A DNA stretch of 62,303 bases, the filler included. It is 7 parts of 7 records of this genome, joined end to end, with 100 filler letters (N's around TTAATTAATTAA, not from the genome) between each part and the next. Parts side by side here need not be neighbours in the genome. Positions count along the whole stretch, not along the records: positions 10,580 to 21,676 come from SRR31156797_62492; positions 21,777 to 30,637 come from SRR31156797_62579; 5 more parts are not named here. One strand, given 5' to 3'. A program made the translations under genes and the position numbers. The notes beneath the pieces were generated by a model. The model did no database searches. It was not told the origin of the DNA and was given only the letters and a program-made list of their open reading frames with translations. Within the stretch, counting starts at the first letter, position 1; every line of letters begins with the position of its first letter. This document shows positions 18,216-29,102 of this stretch, piece after piece.

Positions 18216-19819
18216 ATGAGGTTGTCCAGAGTTGTAAAAACTGAAAATTTTAGAGTTCAGGAAAGGTTTGATCCGGGTGAAGTTCCAAAAATGACCGTTC
18301 AAGAATATATCGATGAAACGCCTGTCTGGTCGGACGGAACGGAATCACCTTCCACGCCCATGACCCCCATGCAGTGGCGGATCTGGGGTTTGGCCACGGC
18401 AGGGCAGTTTTTTGGCGGTCTGGTAATTTTCATGACCGGCGTTGCCCTCCCTTTGATGGTCATGGAATTCGGTCTCAGCCCTTTAGAAAAAGGAGCGGTG
18501 GGTGCAGCAACCCTCTTCGGCATCCTGGTGGGCGCCACGGCCCTGGGGGGACTTTCAGACCGTTTCGGCAGAAAACGGATGTTTGTTGTTGAAATGGCAA
18601 TCTTTTCACTGTGCCTGTTACTCATGGTTTTCAGTCCCGGTTATTACTGGCTTTTGATTTTTCTTTTCGGCATGGGGCTTGCTTTGGGCTGCGATTACCC
18701 CACAGCCCACATGGTCATTTCCGAGAGCATTCCCAGTAAAGACAGGGGGAAACTGGTTCTGGGGGCTTTCGGATTTCAAGCTGTGGGCGCCCTGGCAGGC
18801 ACCGCGGTGGGATACTGGATCCTTTGTGAAAATCCTCAACCGCAGGCATGGCGATGGATGTATGCCACCGCCATCATCCCGGCACTGCTTGTCCTGGTTG
18901 GCAGATTCTTTATCCCGGACAGCGGCCAATGGCTGGTTTCCAAAGGGATGGTGGAAAAAGCGGAATCGGAAGTTGGGAGATTATTGAAACGAACCCCCCC
19001 TTATCCCAGAAAAATTTCTTTGTCCGCCCGCACACGGCAAACGGCACCCCTCAGACCAATGACAAGCAGCATTACGGCGTGTTATTAACAAAGGAATACC
19101 GCAGGTCAACAATACTCGCATCCATTCCATGGTTTCTTCAGGATTTGGGGACTTACGGTGTCGGCATTTTCACACCCACCATCCTGGCATCGGTCATCGG
19201 CGCCAAAATTCAATATGCCCGTAATGTGGCCGATATCATTCATAACGACATCCTCGCCGCAAAAGGGGCCGCCTTCATTGACGTGCTGTTACTCATCGGA
19301 ATTATAGTCGCTGTCTTTGCGGTTGACCGTGTCGGCCGCATGCGCCTTCAGATTTTTGGATTCATTGGCTGCGCCGCAGGCCTTCTTCTGGCCTCCCTGT
19401 CCCTGGGAGCGGATGGAAAAACAGACGTCACATTACTTTTTTCGGGGTTCATGTTATTCAGTTTCATGACGAATCTGGGTCCCAATTCCATGAGTTATCT
19501 CATAGCCGGCGAAGTATTTCCGACCCATATTCGCGGAAAAGGCGCGGGATTTGCCGCATCCTTCTCCAAGGCCGGTGCCGTTTTAACAGCCTTTCTATTC
19601 CCCGTTCTTCTGGCGGATATGGGGGCAAAGACGCTACTCTTCATCCTTTCAGGGACCTCTCTGCTGGGTGCGGCGGTGACCTGGCGTTTCAGCATTGAAA
19701 CCAAGGGAATGAATCTTGAAAATATGGCGCATCTTCCCCTGTCAAACGGAGACACATTGGGGAACAAAGGCATCAAAAATTCAAATACTGACGGGATCAG
19801 CCAGCCCGTTTCTTCATGA
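18216..19819 (+). pseudogene. MFS transporter (sugar-porter-like), split by a frameshift near 19020-19060
   Basis: N-half GGLSDRFGRKR in one frame (stop 19088); C-half VDRVGRMR..EVFPTHIRG..ETKG in another frame; may be a sequencing error. Confidence 0.75.
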
Positions 19820-20135
19820 GGGAGGATAAGTCATTTGAAGGGGCCATAGAAAAAGGGGATGCGTTTTTTTCTACACCGCTGGTATTTATGACGGGCAATT
19901 TGCAGACGATATTTGTTTATTAACGGCTGACGTCGTTTCGACTTCTGATCAGAGCGATCACCACCCAAGCTGATGTTTTTCGAAAAAAACCAGAAGCCTT
20001 TTCTTAATCCACATCTCATTTATTTCTAATTTTTACATGGGAAAAATACATTGTACGAACGCATGGGGATATTCCCATAGGGGATTAAACCGGCATTTTA
20101 AGGTCCCATAGAACCATTGGAGGAATCGTGAATAG

Positions 20136-20810
20136 ATGCTCATGACAGGCAATAAAACCAAGATTGTATGCACCATCGGCCCCGCATGTCAATCCCTGGA
20201 AATAATGGAAAAAATGCTTCTGGCCGGGATGAACGTGGTCCGTTTGAATTTTTCACACGGGGATTTTGAAAGCCACCGCCAGGTCATTTTGGATCTCAGG
20301 GCCGCATCCGCCACTACCGGACGGAGGCTGGCCATCATGGCGGATCTTCCGGGGCCCAAAATCCGCGTTGGAGAAATTAAGCGGGAGCCCATTGAACTCC
20401 TGCCGGGGAAACGGTTCACTTTGACCTCCGAGAGCATTCTGGGCGATGAAACCCGGGCTTCGGTTACTTTACGGGAACTGCCGTCGGCAGTCAGGAGGGG
20501 CAACCTCCTATTTTTAAATGACGGCATCATCCAGCTGGAAGTCAGGGACGTATCAACACATGATGTCCATTGCCGCGTGCTGGTGGGTGGAGAGCTTCTC
20601 TCACGCAAAGGACTGAATTTGCCGGGCATCAAGTTGGGGGTTCGGGCATTTACGGAAAAGGATCACCCGGAAAACTGGCGGTCATTTGCCAAAACCTTTA
20701 TGAAACAACATGGTCTTAAAGGAGACATGGTGATCCTCACCGAAAGGCCCTCTTTCAAGCATCCGGAAGGCAACAACCGTATGGAAATTCTGGATCTCGG
20801 GCGGGAATAA
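20136..20810 (+). pseudogene. pyk: Pyruvate kinase with a large in-frame internal deletion
   Basis: KTKIVCTIGP, RLNFSHG, DLPGPKIR, SRKGLNLPG present; the expected KIE, ARGDLG and T/AQML-ES motifs are missing; 224 aa. Confidence 0.8.
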
Positions 20811-21027
20811 ACCACTATGATGTCTTTAAAAAAAATATTACAGATGGTGAATTCCGAAAAGGGCGCCAGAGCTGGAAGGCTGATCGGAGAAAAGAATCGG
20901 CTGGAGATCCGGATCCATGCACCCCGGAACAATTGAACAGAATCGCGCTTCCAAGAATCGGATGCTCTGGCAGGGCAACGGTCCCGACATCCCGAGCGCT
21001 ACCCTACCATCTGCGCCAAATTTCAAG

Positions 21028-21676
21028 TTAAAAGTCCGTTAAGTTGCCTTCATCCAGGGGGATAACGTCTTCAGGTTTGGGTCCTTCTTTCTTTGCCGGT
21101 GCCCCAAGTGCTTTCACTTTTTCTGTAACCGTCTTTTTGACCGGAACGTCTTCCCTATACATTTTCCGGCGGGTTTTGGTTGCCTTTCCCGCATGTCCCC
21201 CCACAAGCGTCACAAGATCATTTACATAGGCCTTTGTTTGTTCCGCCTGCGCGGTCATCTCTTCAGAAGCGCTTGCGGATTCTTCCGCACTGGCCGCATT
21301 ATGCTGGGTCACCTTGTCCATCTCGGAGACCGCCCTATTCACCTGGTCGATACCTTGCGCCTGCTCTTTTGAGGCGGCCGCAATTTCACCTACCAATTCA
21401 GCCACCTTCCCGGCGCTCTCCGCCACTTCCCCAAAGGCCCTGGTTGTACTTTCAGCCAAGCCTGAACCTTCCGCAACTTTTTTGGTGGTACCGTCAATCA
21501 ATCCAGCGGTGCTCTTGGCTGCCTCGGCGGCCCTCATGGCAAGGTTGCGCACTTCATCTGCAACAACCGCAAACCCTGCGCCCGCTTCCCCGGCCCTGGC
21601 CGCTTCAACCGCCGCATTGAGCGCCAGCAGATTGGTTTGAAATGCAATCTCATCGATGGTCTTGATGATCTTGGAG
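21028..21676 (-). CDS. Methyl-accepting chemotaxis protein, C-terminal part
   Basis: Upstream frame reads [41 protein letters not shown]-terminal [12 protein letters not shown]. Confidence 0.92.
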
Positions 21677-21776
21677 NNNNNNNNNNNNNNNNNNNNNNNN
21701 NNNNNNNNNNNNNNNNNNNNTTAATTAATTAANNNNNNNNNNNNNNNNNNNNNNNNNNNNNNNNNNNNNNNNNNNN

Positions 21777-22013
21777 TTACTCAAGTTTGTTCTCATCGGC
21801 GAATTTGATGAGTGCTTCACCCAGTGTGCGGGTGTATTTTGGATTGAGGTTGAAGCGTGATTTTTTCTGTCCACCTCTTTCCTTTGCGATCTCAATGTAT
21901 TCGTTCTCGTATTTTTCACTTGTTGCGAGTGTGATGGTGAGGAACCAGCCTGCTCCCATCTTGATTTCTCCGTAGTTCTCGCCTATTTCCACATTGTCTG
22001 CCTTGTCTGCCAT
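21777..22013 (-). CDS. Small hypothetical protein (methanogen)
   Basis: 78 aa complete ORF, AGGTG RBS. Confidence 0.7.
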   Translation of the reverse strand: MADKADNVEIGENYGEIKMGAGWFLTITLATSEKYENEYIEIAKERGGQKKSRFNLNPKYTRTLGEALIKFADENKLE

Positions 22014-22092
22014 AGTTACACCTGATAGTTAAATCTGAAAATTACATATGATAATTACACCAATGAAAAATTATTCTCTTTGATAGATCTCT

Positions 22093-22806
22093 TTATTTCT
22101 TCTGGACTTCCTGAATCGGAATCTCACCGCAGTGCAGTGCTGTTGCAACCAGTGCTCCTTTTATCCCGATGTTCTCCAGCTCGGCGATGTCTTCCGAATT
22201 ACGGACTCCGCCACCAAGAAGCACATTATGCTTCGAGATAGAGGCAATCTTACTTAAGAATTGTGAATCCACGCCGCTTGCTGTGCCTACCCTGTCAAGG
22301 TCAAGGATAATTATGTCGTTGAGGTCGTAGTCGTTGAGGAGTTCTACGATCTTGAAGGGGTCATCGGGCATTGCGGGGTCGTTGCTGAGAATCTTTCCGT
22401 TCTTTTTGTCTATACTGACGGTGACTCTACCCGGATACATGGAACTTGCCTGCTCTATAACATCAAGGGATGCAGTCTCGGTGCCGAGTACTACGGACTG
22501 GACGATCTCCATGACGTCCTCTGTCTCGGAGACGGAGCTTACTCCGGGGTCGAGCATGATCTTTGTCTTTTCGGCTACTGCCTGTATGATGTCGAAGTTC
22601 TTTTCCCTCTTGCCGATTCCCTCAAGGAGATTGAGGTCTGCGATGTAGACTTCTGCGGGTTTTACGGTGTCCACTATCTGTGCGGCATCTGAGGTGTTAC
22701 ATATATGACTTGAGAAATGTATGGGTTTGTACTCGCTGCGCGTACCGCCCTGCGCATGGACCACGGTCCGGTTGAATATATCAAGTACGAAGATGATACG
22801 AAACAT
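22093..22806 (-). CDS. HisA/HisF-related TIM-barrel protein (methanogen cofactor-biosynthesis associated)
   Basis: IIFVLDI..VVHAQGG, YIADL, ILDLDRVGT, LGGGVR, GALVATALH; divergent from mfnB. Confidence 0.85.
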   Translation of the reverse strand: MFRIIFVLDIFNRTVVHAQGGTRSEYKPIHFSSHICNTSDAAQIVDTVKPAEVYIADLNLLEGIGKREKNFDIIQAVAEKTKIMLDPGVSSVSETEDVMEIVQSVVLGTETASLDVIEQASSMYPGRVTVSIDKKNGKILSNDPAMPDDPFKIVELLNDYDLNDIIILDLDRVGTASGVDSQFLSKIASISKHNVLLGGGVRNSEDIAELENIGIKGALVATALHCGEIPIQEVQKK

Positions 22807-22852
22807 ATATAATTGATACATCTGTCATGCTATAAAAAAAGAGGTTAATATC

Positions 22853-23551
22853 ATGAAGTTACTCATTAGTCCTATCAACCCCGAAGAGGCAATTGCAGCA
22901 TACGAAGGCGGTGCTGACATTGTTGATGTGAAAAACCCAAAGGAAGGCTCATTGGGTGCGAATTTCCCGTGGATCATAAGCTCTGTAAAGGAGTCCATTA
23001 ATGCCGGAAAGCCTATCAGCGCGACTATAGGTGATTTCAATTTCAAGCCGGGTACTGCATCCCTTGCGGCTCTTGGTGCGGCAGTTGCAGGTGCAGATTA
23101 TATCAAGGTCGGTCTTTATGACGTACAGACCGAAGAACAGGCACTCGAGATGCTTACTAATATCACAAAGGCAGTAAAGAACTATGATGCTGAGAAGAAG
23201 GTTGTCGCATCAGGATACTCTGACTATGAGCGTATCAATTCCATCGATCCACAACTGCTTCCTGCGATTGGCGCAAAGGCAGGCGTTGATGTGGTAATGG
23301 TCGACACAGGTATCAAGGACGGACGCTCCACATTCGAGTTCATGGACGAGGAAGAGCTCACAAAGTTTACAACAGCTATCCGCAAGGAAGGACTTCTCTC
23401 CGCACTTGCCGGAACCCTCAAGTTCGAGGACCTTCCTGTGCTCAAGCGCATCCAGCCCGACATCATCGGTGTGCGCGGCATGGTCTGCGGCGGCGACAGG
23501 ACATCCTGCATCAAGGCAGAACTTGTTGACAAGCTGAAGAACGAGATGTGA
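22853..23551 (+). CDS. mfnB: (5-formylfuran-3-yl)methyl phosphate synthase (methanofuran biosynthesis)
   Basis: MKLLISP..GGADIVDVKNPKEGSLGANFPW, YIKVGL, DTGIKDG, ALAG, IIGVRGMVCGGDR. Confidence 0.92.
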   Translation: MKLLISPINPEEAIAAYEGGADIVDVKNPKEGSLGANFPWIISSVKESINAGKPISATIGDFNFKPGTASLAALGAAVAGADYIKVGLYDVQTEEQALEMLTNITKAVKNYDAEKKVVASGYSDYERINSIDPQLLPAIGAKAGVDVVMVDTGIKDGRSTFEFMDEEELTKFTTAIRKEGLLSALAGTLKFEDLPVLKRIQPDIIGVRGMVCGGDRTSCIKAELVDKLKNEM

Positions 23552-23782
23552 ATTTATTTCACTTCTCATATTTTACTCTATTTTTAATCTCTATTTTTGA
23601 CAGTTTCTTTACGCTCCAGCCTTGCTTTTGTTGTAGTATATATGGCTGCTGGGTTGCAATTGCATGGAATGTGGTCTTTTCCTGAAATACGATTGGAAGC
23701 ATTTCTTTGCTTGACAACGGTAACAGATTCAAAAATATTAAATAACCATTGATCCCATTTGATAAAGTGGGAGTGGTATTAG

Positions 23783-24523
23783 ATGGAAGAAAAAATAGAC
23801 TCTTACAGAATGACCGCAATAATTGTGGGAGTATTGTTCATATTTGCAATCGTGATGCTTTTTTTAGGAGAATCTCTTTACAAACCAATTTTGGATTCTC
23901 CGGACTACCTGGATAATGCTTATCCGAACAAAGTAGTCGTGATAACTGGAGTACTGATAGAGTTTACAGGTGTTCCTGCAGTAGTTCTCTTATCGGTGTT
24001 GCTTTTTCCAATCTTAAGACGATTCAATGAAGCCCTGGCTTTGGGGTATGTTGTTTTTAGATTGTTTGAAGCTGCGCTCTTAAGTGTTGCTTATATCAGT
24101 AAGCTGTCACTGGTCAATTTAAGCCAGGATTATTTGAGTAAAGGTGCTGCGGATGTTTTATATTTTCAGTACATAGGGGGCATGCTACAGTCATTTGATC
24201 ACTGGGCTGGCACACAAGGAATGATCTACCATATAGCTTTTGTTTTAGGGTCCATGATCCTTTATTATGTATTGTATAGATCAAAACTCGTCCCCCGATT
24301 CATATCTGCCTGGGGTTTTTTTGCTGCTATAGCTTTGTTGACCGGTTCTGTACTTTTCAGTATGGGCATGTTCTCCGAATTTTCGGAACTTGGATTGGAA
24401 CTCATTTTCGCTCTTCCTATCGCTGTGGCTGAGATCATGCTCTCGATATGGCTCATAGTGAAGGGTTTTAACCCATCGGCCATCGCTTCTATGTATGCTG
24501 GAACTGATCAGGGAGAAATTTGA
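23783..24523 (+). CDS. DUF4386-like multi-pass membrane protein
   Basis: TAIIVGVLF start, ALGYVVFRLFE, YRSKLVPRFISAWG, EIMLSIWLIVKGFN. Confidence 0.85.
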   Translation: MEEKIDSYRMTAIIVGVLFIFAIVMLFLGESLYKPILDSPDYLDNAYPNKVVVITGVLIEFTGVPAVVLLSVLLFPILRRFNEALALGYVVFRLFEAALLSVAYISKLSLVNLSQDYLSKGAADVLYFQYIGGMLQSFDHWAGTQGMIYHIAFVLGSMILYYVLYRSKLVPRFISAWGFFAAIALLTGSVLFSMGMFSEFSELGLELIFALPIAVAEIMLSIWLIVKGFNPSAIASMYAGTDQGEI

Positions 24524-24532
24524 ATATCATAT

Positions 24533-24577
24533 CTCAAGTTCGAGGATCTCTCAGTGCTCAAGCGCATCCAGCCCGAC
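24533..24577 (+). repeat. Degenerate 45-bp copy of an mfnB internal segment (23417-23461)
   Basis: 41/45 identical by manual alignment. Confidence 0.9.
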
Positions 24578-24793
24578 TAAATCCTTCCGATTAGTCAATG
24601 TAATAGGAAATATTCTTCCAAGAACGCTTATAGACAATGAAAAACAGAAGTTCGTATATAAACAAAAAGACGTTTTTTAGAATGCTGTTGGAAGTTTTTC
24701 CTTTATTTGGCAAAATGGGAATACTAAAAATAACACTCATCATAAAGAATTCAACCTTATGAATGTTCAGGTTTGAGTCCACCACGGATTATA

Positions 24794-25159
24794 TCATAAC
24801 GTAATGATCAGTTGCCCTTCACTACAGTATTCCAGAAGCATTTCCGCTATCTCCTCTGATTCAATGAGTTCAATACCAGGGATAAGCTCTTCCTCTTTCA
24901 TTCCTATAATGGATGCTCCAAGTTTGCAGCACTTGAATTGTATACCATGTTCCATACATTCTATTATCTTGTCATCGTAGGCAGGAAATCCGCATTTATC
25001 AGCTTTTCCAAGGATAACACCCATTGGGCCGAATATGATAACCACCACATCAAGACCTTTGTTGCGATAGTAATTTGCAAAACGAAGAATTTCCATGGGA
25101 CCAGTGCTTTCGTAGACCATATCCTTGAGAAGCAGCAATACTTTCGTAACTTCTGTCAT
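24794..25159 (-). CDS. DsrE-like protein
   Basis: GGAG RBS before MTEVTKV; VVVIIFGPMGV, GIQFKCCKLGA..EEELIPGIE. Confidence 0.75.
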   Translation of the reverse strand: MTEVTKVLLLLKDMVYESTGPMEILRFANYYRNKGLDVVVIIFGPMGVILGKADKCGFPAYDDKIIECMEHGIQFKCCKLGASIIGMKEEELIPGIELIESEEIAEMLLEYCSEGQLIITL

Positions 25160-25474
25160 ATATACTCCGTGACTGTATGTTCCAGCAATCATGTTTGTAG
25201 CAAATATGTGCAAAATTCATCCATTAGTTGTTATTGTCCATATGGCACTACACTCATATTATTCGATCCAGGCTTTTAGGTCTAAAATTAAAGCTATTAC
25301 TTAAATTAGCTTTGTCTTAATACTTAACACATTGTGCATATGTTCGGTATGTATTGGTATATATATATTCTTCAAATATGATTATCAGTAAGGCAAAAGA
25401 CATGTGGGTGATAAACGATAAATGCAGTAGGCTGTTAGCAAACACTGATTGTTTTTTAAAACGGTACTTCTGAA

Positions 25475-25587
25475 TTGACAGATGAGATTACCGTAAGCGT
25501 AGGTCAGGCGTATCCCCTGTGATGCAGGCAGGGGAATTGCCAGGCACGACAACCCCCTCATGCAGCAGATAGGTGCCATAAGTGGCG
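25475..25587 (+). pseudogene. Degenerate, frameshifted copy of the first ~112 bp of cdc48
   Basis: Aligns with 26555-26666 from the TTG start, with scattered substitutions and a 1-bp insertion. Confidence 0.9.
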
Positions 25588-25750
25588 GCACTCTTGAACT
25601 GGGTAATTAGCATGATTGTAATTGAAAGATCAAGTTTTTATACAATAAAGAGTAAATCTTACATGTCTTACTACTCTTACATACACATAATGTAAGATCA
25701 AAATGTGATAGGGTAGAAATTAAGGAAATAATCGATAGGAGAATAGAAAA

Positions 25751-25996
25751 ATGTCTATTGTAGACATCCGAACTGCAACAATAACAAGCAAGGGTCAAAT
25801 TGTGATTCCTGCAGCCATGCGCCATGGGCTTTTTGAAGTAGGGAGTAAAGTTGCAGTCATAGCTAAAGAAGATCACATCGAAATACGTCCGCTCAAGGAC
25901 ATTGAGACCCGGATGGATACCGCGATAGCATCTGAAAAAGCCCTGTCTAAACTTTGGGATACACCTGAGGAAGACGAAGCGTGGAGCTATCTATAA
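25751..25996 (+). CDS. AbrB/MazE/SpoVT-family antitoxin
   Basis: ITSKGQIVIPAAMR AbrB motif; C-terminal WDTPEEDEAW; upstream of a PemK-like toxin. Confidence 0.88.
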   Translation: MSIVDIRTATITSKGQIVIPAAMRHGLFEVGSKVAVIAKEDHIEIRPLKDIETRMDTAIASEKALSKLWDTPEEDEAWSYL

Positions 25997-26015
25997 ACAA
26001 ACATGAGGAAAAAGA

Positions 26016-26348
26016 TTGAATTATATAAAAGGTTCAATTGTAGTGATTCCATTTCCATTTACGGACTTAACGGATGCTAAGAAACGCCCTGCACTTGTAA
26101 TTGCTGATTTGGAAGGTAAAGATGTGATACTGTGCCAAATAACAACTTCTAAAAACCGGCAAGATAAATATGCTGTCCATTTAAGTCAAAGTGACTGCAA
26201 AGAAGGTTCACTAAAAGTCGACAGTCTAATTCGCACAAATAAAATATTTACAGCTGCGGAAGAGATTATCGAATATGAAGTTGCAAAGATCAATGCGGCT
26301 AAAATGAAAGAAGTCCAAAATAAATTGATCGATCTATTTAAAGAGTGA
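26016..26348 (+). CDS. PemK/MazF-family endoribonuclease toxin
   Basis: GSIVVIPFPFTD..KKRPALVI..ILCQITT. Confidence 0.9.
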   Translation: MNYIKGSIVVIPFPFTDLTDAKKRPALVIADLEGKDVILCQITTSKNRQDKYAVHLSQSDCKEGSLKVDSLIRTNKIFTAAEEIIEYEVAKINAAKMKEVQNKLIDLFKE

Positions 26349-26554
26349 TAATATATCTCTCTTCTCTTTTTTGGGATTAATAGTGGTGTTGGAAGTTTTT
26401 CTTTTATTGTGGGTCATGGTAAGGTATAACCTGGCTTTATAAATTCCTCTTCCCGAGCCAAAACCCCAGAAACGTTAAATCCCACTTCTACTGAATATAT
26501 TATTAATGACTACCATCGATTCCGTATTTAATAAAAATCCAGTGGTGATGCAAC

Positions 26555-28789
26555 TTGGCAGATGAGATCACCGTAAACGTAGGTCAGGCATATCCTCGTG
26601 ATGCAGGCAGGGGAATTGCCAGGCTCGATAAAACCCTCATGCAGCAGATAGGTGCTATAAGTGGCGATATCATCGAGATAAAGGGCAAAGAGAAGTGCTA
26701 CGCCATAGTCTGGCCGGGGTATGTGGAGGATGCAGGCAAGGAACTTGTGAGGATCGATGGTAACCTCAGGAACAACGCCAAGGTAGGTATCGATGAGAAG
26801 GTGACCCTGAAGAAGGTAGAGGTCGTGGAGGCGGAATCCATTTCCCTTGCACCCACAAGGGAGACACATCTTGTGGGAGGCGCACGCTTTATACTTAGAA
26901 TTCTGGAGGGTCGTCCTGTAGTCAAGGGACAGAACATCCGTGTGGAGACTGTCAACAATCCCATCTCCTTTGTAGTACTTTCCAGCAAACCCTCCGGTCC
27001 TGTGGTTGTGAGCAGGAACACAAGGATACAGCTCAGGGAGAAGGCAGCCATTGCAGAGACCAGTGCCGGACAGGTCACCTATGAGGACATAGGAGGGCTT
27101 CAGAGGGAACTGGGGCTTGTGCGTGAGATGATCGAGCTTCCGCTCAAACATCCCGAACTCTTCAACAAGCTCGGTATCGATCCTCCCAAGGGTGTACTGC
27201 TCTTCGGTCCGCCCGGGACTGGTAAGACACTTATCGCAAGGGCAGTTGCAAGCGAAACCGATGCAAACTTCATCTCGGTCAGCGGACCCGAGGTCGTATC
27301 AAAATACTATGGAGAGAGCGAGCAGAAGCTCCGTGAGATCTTTGAGGAGGCGCAGCGTAACGCTCCCACCATCATCTTCGTGGATGAGATAGATTCCATC
27401 GCTCCAAAACGTGATGAGGTCGTGGGTGAGATGGAACGCAGGGTCGTTGCCCAATTGCTCTCCCTCATGGACGGGCTGGCATCAAGGGGCAAGGTTATAG
27501 TCATCGCCGCCACCAACCGTCCCAATTCCATTGACGAGGCGCTCCGCCGTGGTGGGCGTTTCGACAGGGAGCTCGAGGTAGGTATCCCTGATTCCGAAGG
27601 CAGGCTGCAGGTCCTCTACGTTCACACAAGGGGCATGCCACTTGAAGAAGGACTCGAGCTCAAGGGAATAGCCGCAGTTACCCACGGTTTCGTGGGAGCC
27701 GATCTGTCATCCCTGTGCAAGGAAGCTGCCATGCACGCCCTGCGGCGCATGCTTCCTGAACTCAAGATCGATGATGTTGAGGATGAGATCCCTGCAGAGT
27801 TCATGGAAAAGCTCGAGGTCACCAGAAAGGACTTCGACGAGGCATTGAAGAACATCGAACCTTCTGCCATGAGGGAGGTCTTCGTGGAAGTGCCATATGT
27901 AGGCTGGAATGACATCGGCGGTCTGGAAGCCGCAAAACAGGAACTTTCCGAGGCAGTTGAATGGCCTCTAAAATATCCGGGTCTTTTCGATGCTGTCAAG
28001 ACAAAACCACCAAGAGGTATCATGCTCTTCGGTCCGCCAGGAACAGGAAAGACCATGCTTGCAAAGGCGGTTGCAACGGAAAGTGAGGCGAATTTCATCA
28101 GTATCAAAGGTCCTGAACTTCTAAGTCGCTACGTAGGAGAATCTGAGCGTGCCGTTCGTGAGACATTCCGAAAAGCCAAACAGGCAGCACCAACCATTGT
28201 GTTCTTCGATGAGATTGATTCCATGGCATCTGAACGTGGCTCCAGTGTGGATGCACACACCACTGAACGTGTGGTAAGCCAGATCCTTACTGAGATAGAT
28301 GGTGTTGAGGAATTGAAGGACGTTGTGATAATTGCAGCTACCAACCGGCCTGATATAGTTGATCCTGCTCTGCTGCGTCCGGGAAGGTTTGACCGTCTCA
28401 TCTATGTCCGTCCGCCTGACAGAGAAAGCCGTGAGAAGATATTTGGTATCCATCTTGAGGACAAACCCCTTGCTGACGACGTAGATGCCAAGGAACTTGC
28501 CGATATCACCGAAGGCTATGTAGGGGCTGATATCGAGTCCATCTGCCGCGAAGCATCAATGCTGGCTCTTCGCGAAGTGATTACTCCCGGTATGAGCCCG
28601 GAAAAAGCTATGGAAAAGGCTGCCGGTATCAAGATTACAGCCGAGCATTTCCTCAAAGCTAAAAAGCGTGTTAAACCGACTACTTCCCGAAGTGCAATGA
28701 GCTTCTATGAGCAGGCTTCAGAGTCTTTTGCAAGGTATGCTGCAAATGAGGACGAGGAAAAGGATGTGGATGAAAGGGCTTATCAATAA
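26555..28789 (+). CDS. cdc48: CDC48/VAT-family AAA ATPase
   Basis: N-domain plus two AAA modules (GPPGTGKT twice, [21 protein letters not shown]). Confidence 0.97.
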   Translation: MADEITVNVGQAYPRDAGRGIARLDKTLMQQIGAISGDIIEIKGKEKCYAIVWPGYVEDAGKELVRIDGNLRNNAKVGIDEKVTLKKVEVVEAESISLAPTRETHLVGGARFILRILEGRPVVKGQNIRVETVNNPISFVVLSSKPSGPVVVSRNTRIQLREKAAIAETSAGQVTYEDIGGLQRELGLVREMIELPLKHPELFNKLGIDPPKGVLLFGPPGTGKTLIARAVASETDANFISVSGPEVVSKYYGESEQKLREIFEEAQRNAPTIIFVDEIDSIAPKRDEVVGEMERRVVAQLLSLMDGLASRGKVIVIAATNRPNSIDEALRRGGRFDRELEVGIPDSEGRLQVLYVHTRGMPLEEGLELKGIAAVTHGFVGADLSSLCKEAAMHALRRMLPELKIDDVEDEIPAEFMEKLEVTRKDFDEALKNIEPSAMREVFVEVPYVGWNDIGGLEAAKQELSEAVEWPLKYPGLFDAVKTKPPRGIMLFGPPGTGKTMLAKAVATESEANFISIKGPELLSRYVGESERAVRETFRKAKQAAPTIVFFDEIDSMASERGSSVDAHTTERVVSQILTEIDGVEELKDVVIIAATNRPDIVDPALLRPGRFDRLIYVRPPDRESREKIFGIHLEDKPLADDVDAKELADITEGYVGADIESICREASMLALREVITPGMSPEKAMEKAAGIKITAEHFLKAKKRVKPTTSRSAMSFYEQASESFARYAANEDEEKDVDERAYQ

Positions 28790-29102
28790 GTTTCTTTCAT
28801 ACATATTTATATTCTACAATCCTTGTCACGTGTTTTCTTTTTTGAAACTTTTTGTTTTAATTTAATTGTGTTCTTTATATTGTTGAAATATTGCACAGTT
28901 TTATACTTAATATAGTATATGTCTGCATAGCATAACCTATATTCCAGGCATATTTATATATGATAATTTTATATTAAAAGCATGTGCTCAACAATTGTTC
29001 ACGTAGACGTTACACAATATACTGATCCATCAGACCGACATCATTTAATAAGTTAGTAAAAATACAAAAATTATAATTATGTTAGTGCCGGAGCGTTAAG
29101 TT

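Noticed and set aside
25385-25591. 68-aa minus-strand ORF
   Set aside because: It is the antisense reading of the degenerate cdc48 duplicate
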